Below are positions 31,369 to 40,589 of a DNA stretch of 64,000 bases, piece after piece. The stretch lies in the sequence record OR836606.1, one strand, 5' to 3'. A model generated the notes under the pieces. That model made no database searches and had not been told where the DNA came from. It saw only the letters and a program-made list of their open reading frames with translations. Both the position numbers and the translations under genes were made by a program. Numbering within the stretch: the first letter of the stretch is position 1; the number at the start of each line of letters is the position of its first letter.

Positions 31369-32082
31369 TTAATTTATTTCTTGTATTGCTTTTAAAATTT
31401 CTCTTTTATTATAATTTATCATTTCTTTATCATACTTCATGATAACTTTTTCCAAATTCTTTACAATATCTTCGAAAATTTTTTCTGACTTTGGATATTT
31501 TAAACCAAATCTTGTTGGTTCATAAACTAATATATGTTCGATACTACTTAAAGTGTTAGAAAAAGAGTACCAAAATGATATTTGATCTGAAGATTTCCTA
31601 AAAGATAAAGTTCTTAAATCTTTTATCTTAGATTTTTTAGATATTTTTGTAGGTTTACCATTTGGTTTAAAATAATATGATACGTCTGAAGAGTTTATTT
31701 TCTTATCCTTCAAAAAACCTCCATTTTTATTAATTTCAGAAATTCCTTCTTTTATATAATTCGGAGAATTTTCTATAAAATTAATCATAAGTTTTTTACC
31801 GGATTTCTGAAATTGTTCATGGTCCATTGTATTTAATTTATCTTCTTTTAATTCATTCCATTTATCAATAAATAATTTTAATATATTTTCTTCTATATGA
31901 GAATTGGAGGTTTTTATAGAAAATGAATTATTTTTTATATTTCCATTCTTTTTATAATCTTCATTTACTTTTTGATAATATTTTAATATACCCTTACTGA
32001 TATTATCATTTTCATTTTCTATTTTTTGACTATTGTTTTTAAATGATTTAACTGAGCTGTAATGAATTATATTTTCTTCCAT
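31369..32082 (-). CDS. Hypothetical protein inserted between nrdI and nrdE
   Basis: AAGGAGA SD; 237-aa ORF. Confidence 0.65.
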   Translation of the reverse strand: MEENIIHYSSVKSFKNNSQKIENENDNISKGILKYYQKVNEDYKKNGNIKNNSFSIKTSNSHIEENILKLFIDKWNELKEDKLNTMDHEQFQKSGKKLMINFIENSPNYIKEGISEINKNGGFLKDKKINSSDVSYYFKPNGKPTKISKKSKIKDLRTLSFRKSSDQISFWYSFSNTLSSIEHILVYEPTRFGLKYPKSEKIFEDIVKNLEKVIMKYDKEMINYNKREILKAIQEIN

Positions 32083-32106
32083 ATTTTAAATTCTCCTTAC
32101 GGTATG

Positions 32107-32511
32107 TTAACTTATAATACTAGAGTTACTTAACATTTCTAATTTTTTATTTAATTCTAAATGCTCATTTTTTATTCCATGAAGCTCAATTCCCATTATT
32201 AATTTTTTATTGAAATCTTTACATAATTTTTTAGGTGTAGTCAAGAATTCATAATTGAGATTTCTATTACCTGAACCAACTATACCTACACAGTTCATTA
32301 AATTATTACCCTTATTAAAGAATTTTTCTATATGATTATATACTGCATGCGGAGTATTATAAGAACCGCAAATAAGAACATATTCTTCATTAATTTCTAT
32401 ATCTTCACAATTATTTTTATTAAGTTCAATAGGTTCGCCGATTATTGATTTATCTAATTTATGTGCAAATATTTTACTATTACCTGTTAATGTAAAATAA
32501 ACTAATCTCAT
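32107..32511 (-). CDS. nrdI: NrdI flavodoxin
   Basis: VYFTLTGNS...F, GIVGSGNRN motifs; within the nrd cluster. Confidence 0.9.
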   Translation of the reverse strand: MRLVYFTLTGNSKIFAHKLDKSIIGEPIELNKNNCEDIEINEEYVLICGSYNTPHAVYNHIEKFFNKGNNLMNCVGIVGSGNRNLNYEFLTTPKKLCKDFNKKLIMGIELHGIKNEHLELNKKLEMLSNSSIIS

Positions 32512-32550
32512 TTAAATCTCTCCAAAATATAAAATTTTTCGTTAAAAAGA

Positions 32551-32581
32551 GATCCATCATAGGTTATCCCTATGATAGATC
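32551..32581 (-). terminator. Intrinsic terminator
   Basis: GATCTATCATAGG / CCTATGATGGATC stem plus TCTTTTT on the minus strand. Confidence 0.6.
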
Positions 32582-32592
32582 AATTATATTTC

Positions 32593-32793
32593 TTAATATC
32601 CTACTTGACGATAATCCCATTTCCAATAAGTTCCATCTGATGAGAATGAATAATTCCAACCTTCAATACTAAAGTTATAGTTGTATTCTCCTTCATGAAC
32701 AGCTTTTGTATTTAATTCATTATCGTTATTTCTAGCTTTCTCAGCTAATTTTTTAAAATCCACTTCTTCTGGACTGTTAAAAATAGTTTGCAT
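32593..32793 (-). CDS. Hypothetical protein
   Basis: AAAGGAG SD; 66 aa. Confidence 0.6.
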   Translation of the reverse strand: MQTIFNSPEEVDFKKLAEKARNNDNELNTKAVHEGEYNYNFSIEGWNYSFSSDGTYWKWDYRQVGY

Positions 32794-32819
32794 AACTAAA
32801 ATCTCCTTTATTATATTAA

Positions 32820-33059
32820 TTAAGCATTAACTGTAGATAAAATTTGATTTAATTTAGCAGGATCATTACCAACGATTACATCTGTTCCAAAATCAATTAC
32901 AGGCAATGATTGATAACCTTTAGATAAAAGTTCTTCTTTAGCACTTTCATCTTCATCAATATTAATTTCAGTATAATCAACACCTTTATTATTTAAAAAC
33001 ATTTTACTGAAACCACATTTAGCGCAGTTATTCTTAGTATAAAATTTAATTTGTTCCAT
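32820..33059 (-). CDS. nrdH: NrdH glutaredoxin-like redoxin
   Basis: YTKNNCAKC CxxC, GYQSLPVI. Confidence 0.9.
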   Translation of the reverse strand: MEQIKFYTKNNCAKCGFSKMFLNNKGVDYTEINIDEDESAKEELLSKGYQSLPVIDFGTDVIVGNDPAKLNQILSTVNA

Positions 33060-33101
33060 CTTTTAATCAAACCTCTTTCTTATAATTTTTAATAATATAT
33101 T

Positions 33102-33848
33102 TTAGTATTTCTTAAGAATACCATTTATTACTTTGATAAAGTCTTCGTTCTGATCTAATTTATTGCCGAATTTTCCAATATAGTCAACATTTTCAGAAAG
33201 AGATTTTATATAGTAAGGATATTTTTCATAATTTTGCGACATGTATGAACCTAATGAACACATAAATTTGTATAATATATTTGATTCTTTAAAACTATCA
33301 TTATCTAAAGCATTTTTTAAATTATCATAAATTCCTTCTAAATCAATGTAGTTATATTCATTATTTTCATTTCCATGTAACTTATTATATCTATAAATTT
33401 TCATATTTAATTTTTCATTTAATTTTTTAAGTTTATTTTCACTAACAGGCAATTTACTAATATTAATATTCTCTACAAGATGTTTAGCTTCTTTACTATC
33501 TTTAATTTGCTGAATAATATTTTCAATATATTTAGTGTCTTTTATCTTTATATTTTTAAGAGGTTTAAGTCTTTCAGGAATATCATCTTCACTATCAAAA
33601 CTTAAATCACCATTGATAAAGTCCAATTTTTCTTGGTATCTATTAACTTTAGCATCTACTGAAATAGTATCATTAAGACTAATACTGTCTTTACCATAAT
33701 ATGAAGCTATTTCTTTATTAATCTTTTCTTTAGTTTCTTCTAATTCTTTCTCAATTTTTTCATTTTCTTTTTCAAATTCCTCATTAGCCCGTTCTATATC
33801 TTGTTCTAATTTTTCTAAATTCAATTCTTTGTTCTTATCTTCAGTCAT
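33102..33848 (-). CDS. Hypothetical protein
   Basis: AAGGAG SD; acidic coiled-coil N-terminus. Confidence 0.7.
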   Translation of the reverse strand: MTEDKNKELNLEKLEQDIERANEEFEKENEKIEKELEETKEKINKEIASYYGKDSISLNDTISVDAKVNRYQEKLDFINGDLSFDSEDDIPERLKPLKNIKIKDTKYIENIIQQIKDSKEAKHLVENINISKLPVSENKLKKLNEKLNMKIYRYNKLHGNENNEYNYIDLEGIYDNLKNALDNDSFKESNILYKFMCSLGSYMSQNYEKYPYYIKSLSENVDYIGKFGNKLDQNEDFIKVINGILKKY

Positions 33849-33872
33849 TTTAGTTTTTCTCCTTATATATTA

Positions 33873-34682
33873 TTATTTATACTTATTTATAAAATAATAT
33901 TGAACTTCTCGATGTAATACATTATTTTCTATAAAAGAATCTTTAAATACATTAATTAAATGGTTTTCAAATCTAACATCTGTTACAGACTGTTCTACTA
34001 ACATTCTATCAATTTGATAGTTGTTTAATTCAGATTCTTCATCATAGATAATGGTCTCTATTACATCTTCATTATCAGGAATATGAATACTGTCAATAAT
34101 CTCAGGAATGGAATATACTAAAGGAGTATAATCGTTATCAATAACTTTCTTTAAGTTATTATATGAAAGAGAATTAATGACATCATCGTCCATACTGTCT
34201 TTATAAGTTTTAGCTAATTGCATTATATTCTTTTCAATATAGTTAATAAATAAATTATTTAAAGTTTCTTTTTTATTTAATACAAAGAAATTATACAATG
34301 ATTTAATGTATTGAGCTTTATCTTCAATTAAAATATCTTCTGGAAATTCTAAAGAAAACTGGTAAGTAGTTTCAATAGATTCTTGAATTTCATTAAGAAT
34401 ATCATGATAAACTTGTTTAGTTTTAATTAAAATATCATTATCTTCTTTATATCTTTCTAAAATAAATTTAAATCTAATTTCAAAGTATTCAAAAAAATCT
34501 TTATGGTATTGATTAATATAAAATTGTCTTGTATTTGAATTTTCAATTTGTTCCTTAATATTATCAATCATAATATCTTCAGATATATTCATAATGACTT
34601 CATCATATTCTTCTTTTACCATTTCTAAATCATCTTTATCGTCAATTAAATATGTTTTTGTCAATTTATTTTCACCATCCAT
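33873..34682 (-). CDS. Hypothetical acidic protein
   Basis: 269-aa ORF downstream of the terminase. Confidence 0.7.
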   Translation of the reverse strand: MDGENKLTKTYLIDDKDDLEMVKEEYDEVIMNISEDIMIDNIKEQIENSNTRQFYINQYHKDFFEYFEIRFKFILERYKEDNDILIKTKQVYHDILNEIQESIETTYQFSLEFPEDILIEDKAQYIKSLYNFFVLNKKETLNNLFINYIEKNIMQLAKTYKDSMDDDVINSLSYNNLKKVIDNDYTPLVYSIPEIIDSIHIPDNEDVIETIIYDEESELNNYQIDRMLVEQSVTDVRFENHLINVFKDSFIENNVLHREVQYYFINKYK

Positions 34683-34756
34683 TTTTTATATACTATTTTA
34701 CTAAAATATCTAATACAATCTAGTTAGATTTGTTTTATAAAAATTTGCGATAATAA

Positions 34757-34789
34757 ATAGGTAATGACAAATAATATGTCATTACCTAT
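34757..34789 (-). terminator. Terminator after the terminase gene
   Basis: ATAGGTAATGACA / TGTCATTACCTAT 13-bp stem. Confidence 0.7.
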
Positions 34790-34796
34790 AATATAT

Positions 34797-37700
34797 TTAA
34801 TCTAATAGATTCATTATTCTTTTTGATTTCTGATCTGGAGAAGAATTGTTATTCTGTAATAAAGGATTACTAGGGAGATTACCATCAATAATTCCACTAA
34901 TACGTTTCATGGATGCAATATCTTTTCTTCTAGCTTGTCTTTCTTTTTCAATTTCTTCTGCATTATCTCCATCTGCAGATACCATTGAACCGTATTTAAC
35001 TTTAACAAATTTCTTAATGTCTTTCTCATAGTAATAAGCATATAAACAAAATAGATAACTCATAAGTAAATCGTCATGTCCGCCATCAGGGTGATCAATT
35101 CTACCTTTTTTCATTTGAAGGGATTTTATTTGTTGGAATAATGGTTTATTATTAACTAAATAAGGTTTTTCTTCAACAATCATTGATAAAATTTCATTGA
35201 GCATTAGATCTGCTATATAAATTCATGAGTTTAATTTAATTAAAATGAATTTATTCGACTTCGTCATCACTCTGACTTACTTTGCACTTTAAGTTTTTTC
35301 GTTATAAACTACTTCAACAGAAAGCTTTAATCAAAGCAGAGGTTAAAGCTCTTAAGTCATCGCATTTGGACATTTAGAGGAATAAGACCTCATTTAGCCT
35401 GCCCAACAAAACGCTTACCATACAGTTTTAAATTGACAGCAGCGTTATAATCTCTATCCATTTTATGTCCACAATCACAGGAATACCATCTATCTGATAG
35501 TTTCAACTTATCTTCTTTAGTTAGAATTTGGCCACAATTAGAACATAATTGAGTTGATGGAAACCATCTGTCAGCTACAATAATAGTATTACCATTGCTT
35601 TCAGCTTTTTGTTCAAGTAAAGTCCTAAACTGTCTCCAATTGGACTGTGCGATTGATTTGGATAGTTTTCTATTTTTAATCATATTTGAAACCTGTAAAT
35701 CTTCAATAGTTATATATTGATAATTGTTAATCAAGTTAGTAGTAATCTTATGAAGATAATCTTTTTTAATATTATTAATTCTATACCATACTTTTTGTAT
35801 TTTGGTTTTCAATACATTGTATTTATTAGAACCATAAACTTTTTTAGATAATCTTTTTTGGTAGTATTTGATTTTATTATAGAGTGAGATTAGTTTATTA
35901 TTTAATGAATGGTATTTTTTAAATTTACCGAAATCATCATTAATAATAGCTAAATCTTTTACACCTAAATCAATACCTACATGACTATTGTTATGAATTA
36001 ATTTTTTACTGTTATCAACTTTCATTACTATCGAAGCGAAATACCTACCAGCATATTTGGATATAGTTACTTCTTGTATAGAATTATAATCTTTGTTTAA
36101 AGGTTCTTTCATTTTAATTAATGAATTTACACCACGCAATTTAAGTTTATTATTTTTCTCACCTTTAATTTGAATAGCGTAAGGATCTTTCCTATAGAAC
36201 CTTGCTCTTAATTTAGATTTCTTTTTAGATTTAAATTTAGGATATTTACCATATCCTTTCCACATCATATTAAATGCTTTACCTAGATCTTCTGTAGAAG
36301 TTTCAATTATCATGATAATTTGATCTTTCTCCCAATCTTCTTTACATTTTTTAAGTTCATCACGAACTCTACGATGAGTTGGTTTTGGTAAAGATTTATC
36401 AATTTGATAATTATTCCACATATATTTCCATTTATTAAGTGCCTTGTTATAAATATAACGACTATATCCAAAAGCTTGATTAAATATCTCTCGTTGTTCT
36501 TTATTAGGTTTCAATTCGATTTTTATAGATTTGTACATGTGATTTTCACCTCGATTCATATTTCTAAATGATTTAGAATTTATAATTCATTGTTTAATAT
36601 ATCGAGGTAAAAATTATTTTAATTAAATTAAACTCACGAATTCCAGAAATCCCTTTCAGGTTCTGTTAAATAGCAAGACTATATCATGATCCATTAAATC
36701 AATGGACCCCTCGCACTTCGAAAAACTTCTGATGAAGTTAATCTACTCTACTCACTTCACATAGTATTTCAACTATGCTTATTCAGGTTAATCAAACCTG
36801 TGCTTTCGATAGTCGTTGAACGTTTATCCATCATGTGGACACTTCGCTGCTAGACTTCCCATTGTTTACAAACTTTAGCGATCTAGGGTTTTCACCTAGA
36901 CTTGTTTTCAGCATAGTTCATCTTAGAGATTTTTTCTGTCTTTCGACTGCATGTCACGCTATCCATTACTGGCATACGTTGTAGCTCTCTAAGCTTTAGG
37001 GTTTTACAAGCAATTCACGAGGTATTTTTACCACTAATTTCATGAATTAAAATTAGTTTAATTTACTTATATAGTAGCAGAGCGTGAAACATGAATTAAT
37101 AAGAATTTAAGTCTTAATTCACTTAAAATATCTTAAATTAAAACTGTTTCGTTACTCTAGATTTTTTAGTTGTATCAATACCATATCTTCTTACTTGTTT
37201 GGTAACTTTATTAGTGCTATTTCTAGGAATTTCATTAAATACTTGCTTATTAACTTCAACTTGTTTTTCTGCTACTCTATTCTTTAATGAGTAGAAAATA
37301 TTGTCTCCAATACCATCAGTTTGAATCATATCTTCTATCATTACAGTACCTGCATAGTTACGTTCAGGTATTAATACTGCATTAGGTATATAAAGCGTAA
37401 TAAGTTCTTTAATTAATTTTCTAAAAGTAGGTCCATTAATTACATTATTTTGGAAAATCATTACAGGCTCTAATGTACCTGGATCAACTACAGTAAATGC
37501 AGTATTATCTCGACCAAGACCACCAGATATATCAATACCAACAAGCCAGTTCTTTTCATGCATATTATCCATCTTTTTAACCATATAAACATAATAAGTT
37601 TTACCATTTATTTTAAAATCAATAGTATTATATATCTCTTTATTTGCATATAATGATAATTCTGACATTTGTTGTTCATCAAATAAAGAATCATCGTTAC

Positions 37701-39379
37701 TAAACGCCCATTCAAGAAGTATCTCACGTTTAACTGCTTCTAAAGAACCAATTTGACGTTTTTGCTTTTCTAACCAAGCATCATCTTTACCTAATTCTTT
37801 ATATGAATATTCTATATAGATGAATGAATTGCCTGAATTACTTTCCATATACTCTTCTAATTTTTCATTACCCTCTTCTTCAGAATTAATGTAATAATCA
37901 TATATTTTTTCTGTCCATTGTGCTGCATCATTCATTTGCTCAAAGAAGAACTGTCCTTGAGGTACATCCAAAGTACTCATATTTTTTATCCTATATTAAT
38001 TTAATATAGATAAGACTATATCTTAGTATATTATAATACCATTTATTATTTAGTCGTTAAACAAGTATTATCAACTTGATGCTGATTGTCTTAATAAAGA
38101 TTTTCCAGCAATTAAATAAATAAGCCCAGTTTAATTTTAGGCGTTGTTGTAATTAGAAGACCATAAGGTGTGCCATTTTTCTTAGCTATTGCAGATGCTG
38201 TAGAAACTGCCTTTTAATATTAATCTACATGGATTCCATATAGAATAGACTATATCTTAGTATTATATTAATACTATTTATTATTTAGTCGTTGAACACT
38301 ATAAATAGCGATGCTGATCGTCTTAATAAAGATTTTCCAGCAATTAAATAAATAAGCCCGCATTAATTTCAGGCCTCATTGCTTCAAACATTGTTTGGTT
38401 GTGTGGAATGAATGCCCACTCATCCAACCAGACCATAGGTCATTATGTTAACTATATTTAAAAAATATAGATCAGACTATATCATACTCATATAAATAAG
38501 TGAATATATTTAGTCGTTGAACACTATAATTAGTGATGCTGATTAAGATAATAATCTATTCCAGCAATTAATATTCTTTTACTACTGCAACTATCTACAG
38601 TAGAACCACGCTATTTTAGACTATATCTTCAATTTTATAATTGTCTTTTATTTAGTCGTTGAACACATATGTGATGCTGATCAAATTAAATAATTTGTCC
38701 CAGCAATTAAAAAGATTTATAGCAAGCCATGATATTAACCTGCTTTATTTGCACTCTCACTGTTAGTCGGAGGTGAAACTGTTTTAATAGTATTGTTATT
38801 ACTAGCTAATTGAAATTCGTTGATCTTATCTCTATCATTTTTATCTCCAAAATTAGCTAATACATATTCAGGTAAACATTTCTCTTTAAATAAGTTTTTA
38901 AGACGTTTTAAGTTCTCAGTTGTATCTGAATAAGATTTGTGTGTAAATAACATTGTATAGTTACTACCTACTAATAACATTATCCATGAATAATAACATA
39001 CTGCTGAATATGTTTTATAGTGCTGACGTGGAAGCATTATAGCTGTATCTAAATTGTGTAACATACAAAATGTCATCGCCATATTACCTCTATGAAGTTC
39101 ATACATAACCTTACCGCCAGGAACAGGAACTCTTATAACTTCCCTTAAATAAAACCATATATTAATTTTAGCTTCCCTTAATACACGGGTTTTCATTTCA
39201 TCAGAAAGTTCAGGATCCCAAGGATCTACTCCTACAAGATTTTTATCATATAGAGTTAATGGAATCCCATAATTTCTGACGTTGTTCTTCTTAAGATCCC
39301 TAGCCACTCTTAAAAAACTAACATTATTAGTTTTATAATCGTAATAAACTTTTTTCTTTAATTTTGGTTTAATTGTCAT
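34797..39379 (-). CDS. terL: Terminase large subunit in six exons: 38738-39379, 38597-38610, 38371-38440, 38139-38210, 37155-37977, 34797-35209 (677 aa)
   Basis: Walker A LPRQHYKT; splicing gives KAG|RGSTV|PMVWLDEWAF...MRP|AVS...ITTTP|STL...KKSR|DLML; nuclease motifs GIDISGG, ERN, HDDLLM; exon total 2034 nt is divisible by 3. Confidence 0.88.
35210..35400 (-). ncRNA. Putative TnpB omega-RNA scaffold (guide would extend into terminase exon 6)
   Basis: Structured non-coding right end after the tnpB stop (AAGAGCTTTAA/TTAAAGCTTT, TGACTT/AAGTCA); position follows known TnpB biology; 5' boundary approximate. Confidence 0.6.
35390..36538 (-). CDS. tnpB: TnpB RNA-guided nuclease (IS200/IS605/IS607 family), 382 aa
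   Basis: HTH N-terminus IKIELKPNKEQ; RuvC GIDLG, IEDL, DRDYNAA all intact; CSNCG/CDCG zinc finger; GAGGTG SD favours ATG at 36538. Confidence 0.92.
   Translation of the reverse strand: MYKSIKIELKPNKEQREIFNQAFGYSRYIYNKALNKWKYMWNNYQIDKSLPKPTHRRVRDELKKCKEDWEKDQIIMIIETSTEDLGKAFNMMWKGYGKYPKFKSKKKSKLRARFYRKDPYAIQIKGEKNNKLKLRGVNSLIKMKEPLNKDYNSIQEVTISKYAGRYFASIVMKVDNSKKLIHNNSHVGIDLGVKDLAIINDDFGKFKKYHSLNNKLISLYNKIKYYQKRLSKKVYGSNKYNVLKTKIQKVWYRINNIKKDYLHKITTNLINNYQYITIEDLQVSNMIKNRKLSKSIAQSNWRQFRTLLEQKAESNGNTIIVADRWFPSTQLCSNCGQILTKEDKLKLSDRWYSCDCGHKMDRDYNAAVNLKLYGKRFVGQAK
36548..36608 (-). promoter_or_regulatory. Hairpin sequestering the tnpB SD, with an internal late promoter (36583-36594)
   Basis: ACCTCGAT pairs with ATCGAGGT, which contains the SD; AACA ATGAAT TA lies between the arms. 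Confidence 0.65.
37978..38138 (-). ncRNA. Minimal group I intron (161 nt), terminase intron 4
   Basis: After ...ACGCCU, ends AUG; P1 GCCU/GGGC; AAUUGCUGGAAA, AAUCAGCAUCA, UUUAACGACUAAA, AAGAUAUAGUC. Confidence 0.88.
38211..38370 (-). ncRNA. Minimal group I intron (160 nt), terminase intron 3
   Basis: After AGGCCU, ends AAG; P1 AGGCCU/GGGCUU; full core motifs. Confidence 0.9.
38441..38596 (-). ncRNA. Minimal group I intron (156 nt), terminase intron 2
   Basis: P1 CUACUGU/GCAGUAG with terminal U.G; ends AUG; full core motifs. Confidence 0.9.
38611..38737 (-). ncRNA. Minimal group I intron (127 nt), terminase intron 1
   Basis: P1 AGCAGGU/GCUUGCU; P4 UGCUG/CAGCA; P5 CAAAUU/AAUUUG; P7 GACUA/UAGUC; P8 CAAUU/AAUUG; ends UAG only 8 nt after P7. 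Confidence 0.88.
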
Positions 39380-39398
39380 ATTTATTTCAACTCACTTT

Positions 39399-40562
39399 CT
39401 ATACATTTAATCTATCTGATTTTTTAATTAATGTTTGAATATCAGAAAGTTGTTGTTTTAATTCATTTTTAACTTCTTTATCATTATTAGGGTTACTTAT
39501 TTCAAATTTTAATGTTTTAATAATAGCTTCAATTGAATCCGTTGGATAGTCTCTATAGTCTCTAATAAACAATCTACTTGGATATAATAATTTCCTAACA
39601 ATTTTACCTAATAAAGTTTTACCTTTTTTATTTTCAGATTTAGTTCTAAATGATTTGTATATGATATCATAAAAATTTATAATTTCAGTAGAATAACCGT
39701 ATAACGTAGGTAACTGATTAGCCGATCTTTCTGAAAGGTTGTAGTTCATTTTACCCACTCTTTCATTATCTAAAAGATTTAAAGTTACATTAGCTATAAA
39801 AGAACTGCCTAACACCAGTGGTAATACTCCTGTCAATGAAGTTAATCCAGCAACTAAAACTGTCATAGCTATAATCATAGGACCTGCGAATTTTAAATTT
39901 CTAGTTGTATCAGATTCAATGTCCTTAGTATACTGAAATTGAACTGGCTTGTTATCTTTATATTTTAATTCAAAAGCGGGTTCTTTTCCTTGGCTTAATA
40001 CTTTAATTTCGATAGGTAAAAATAGATTATGTCCCATTTCATGCAATAATAATGCAGTACACATTCTTTCATTAAAATTACTAAAAGTCACTTCTTTAGA
40101 AGATTTTTTCTTTTCTAAAAAGTATCTTATTGAAGATAACTCAATAAATACCTCAATTTCCCTAGGTTTAGCGTAATGTATACCATTTTTCTCTTCCATA
40201 ACTATTTTTGTTATGCCATCAATAGTATCTCTTATTTGTTCTGGCTTAATTAAAGTATAAGCCACTGATCTTACTCTAAATTTATCTTTACCTTTAGGAT
40301 CAGCTTCAACAAATTTTAATTGCATATTAGCATTAAATAATTTTTTAGTAATTTTAGAAATATTATTAGCTATTTTATTTATTTCATGTTTATCAATTAA
40401 ATCAAATTCAGATTTATCGAAATTATAGCTATCTAATAAAGTTTTAAATTCTTCATCTATTTCTCTAAGTAATGAAGTATTTTTACTGAAATTAAAAGCA
40501 TCTTCATTAATATTCATTATTTTATTAATTTTATTCAATTGGCATTCTTTTCGTAAATCCAT
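39399..40562 (-). CDS. HExxH zinc-metallopeptidase-like protein with hydrophobic segments
   Basis: LLLHEMGH, downstream SERSA, hydrophobic stretch; paralogue of 40590-41696. Confidence 0.6.
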   Translation of the reverse strand: MDLRKECQLNKINKIMNINEDAFNFSKNTSLLREIDEEFKTLLDSYNFDKSEFDLIDKHEINKIANNISKITKKLFNANMQLKFVEADPKGKDKFRVRSVAYTLIKPEQIRDTIDGITKIVMEEKNGIHYAKPREIEVFIELSSIRYFLEKKKSSKEVTFSNFNERMCTALLLHEMGHNLFLPIEIKVLSQGKEPAFELKYKDNKPVQFQYTKDIESDTTRNLKFAGPMIIAMTVLVAGLTSLTGVLPLVLGSSFIANVTLNLLDNERVGKMNYNLSERSANQLPTLYGYSTEIINFYDIIYKSFRTKSENKKGKTLLGKIVRKLLYPSRLFIRDYRDYPTDSIEAIIKTLKFEISNPNNDKEVKNELKQQLSDIQTLIKKSDRLNV

Positions 40563-40589
40563 AATTAAATAATAATCTCCCTTCTTTAT

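Larger units (their letters stand above)
35210..37154 (-). mobile_element. IStron-like element: group I intron carrying tnpB, no tnpA (1945 nt)
   Basis: Core elements GAAUUGC, GUUCAACGACUA, GAUAUAGUC; a 26-bp inverted repeat (35221-35246 / 36616-36641) loops out tnpB; ends in AG; removal restores KKSR|DLM. Confidence 0.85.

Noticed and set aside
36610-36720. Remnant tnpA transposase in the IStron
   Set aside because: No ORF or recognisable Y1/serine-recombinase motif between the intron core and tnpB
37978-38737. CRISPR-like or simple repeat array suggested by the recurring motifs
   Set aside because: The recurring units are intron cores and the spacers between them are terminase exons
37138-39379. 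Terminase as a frameshifted pseudogene or as separate ORFs
   Set aside because: Every gap has group I core motifs and U/G boundaries, and their removal gives one continuous frame with intact motifs
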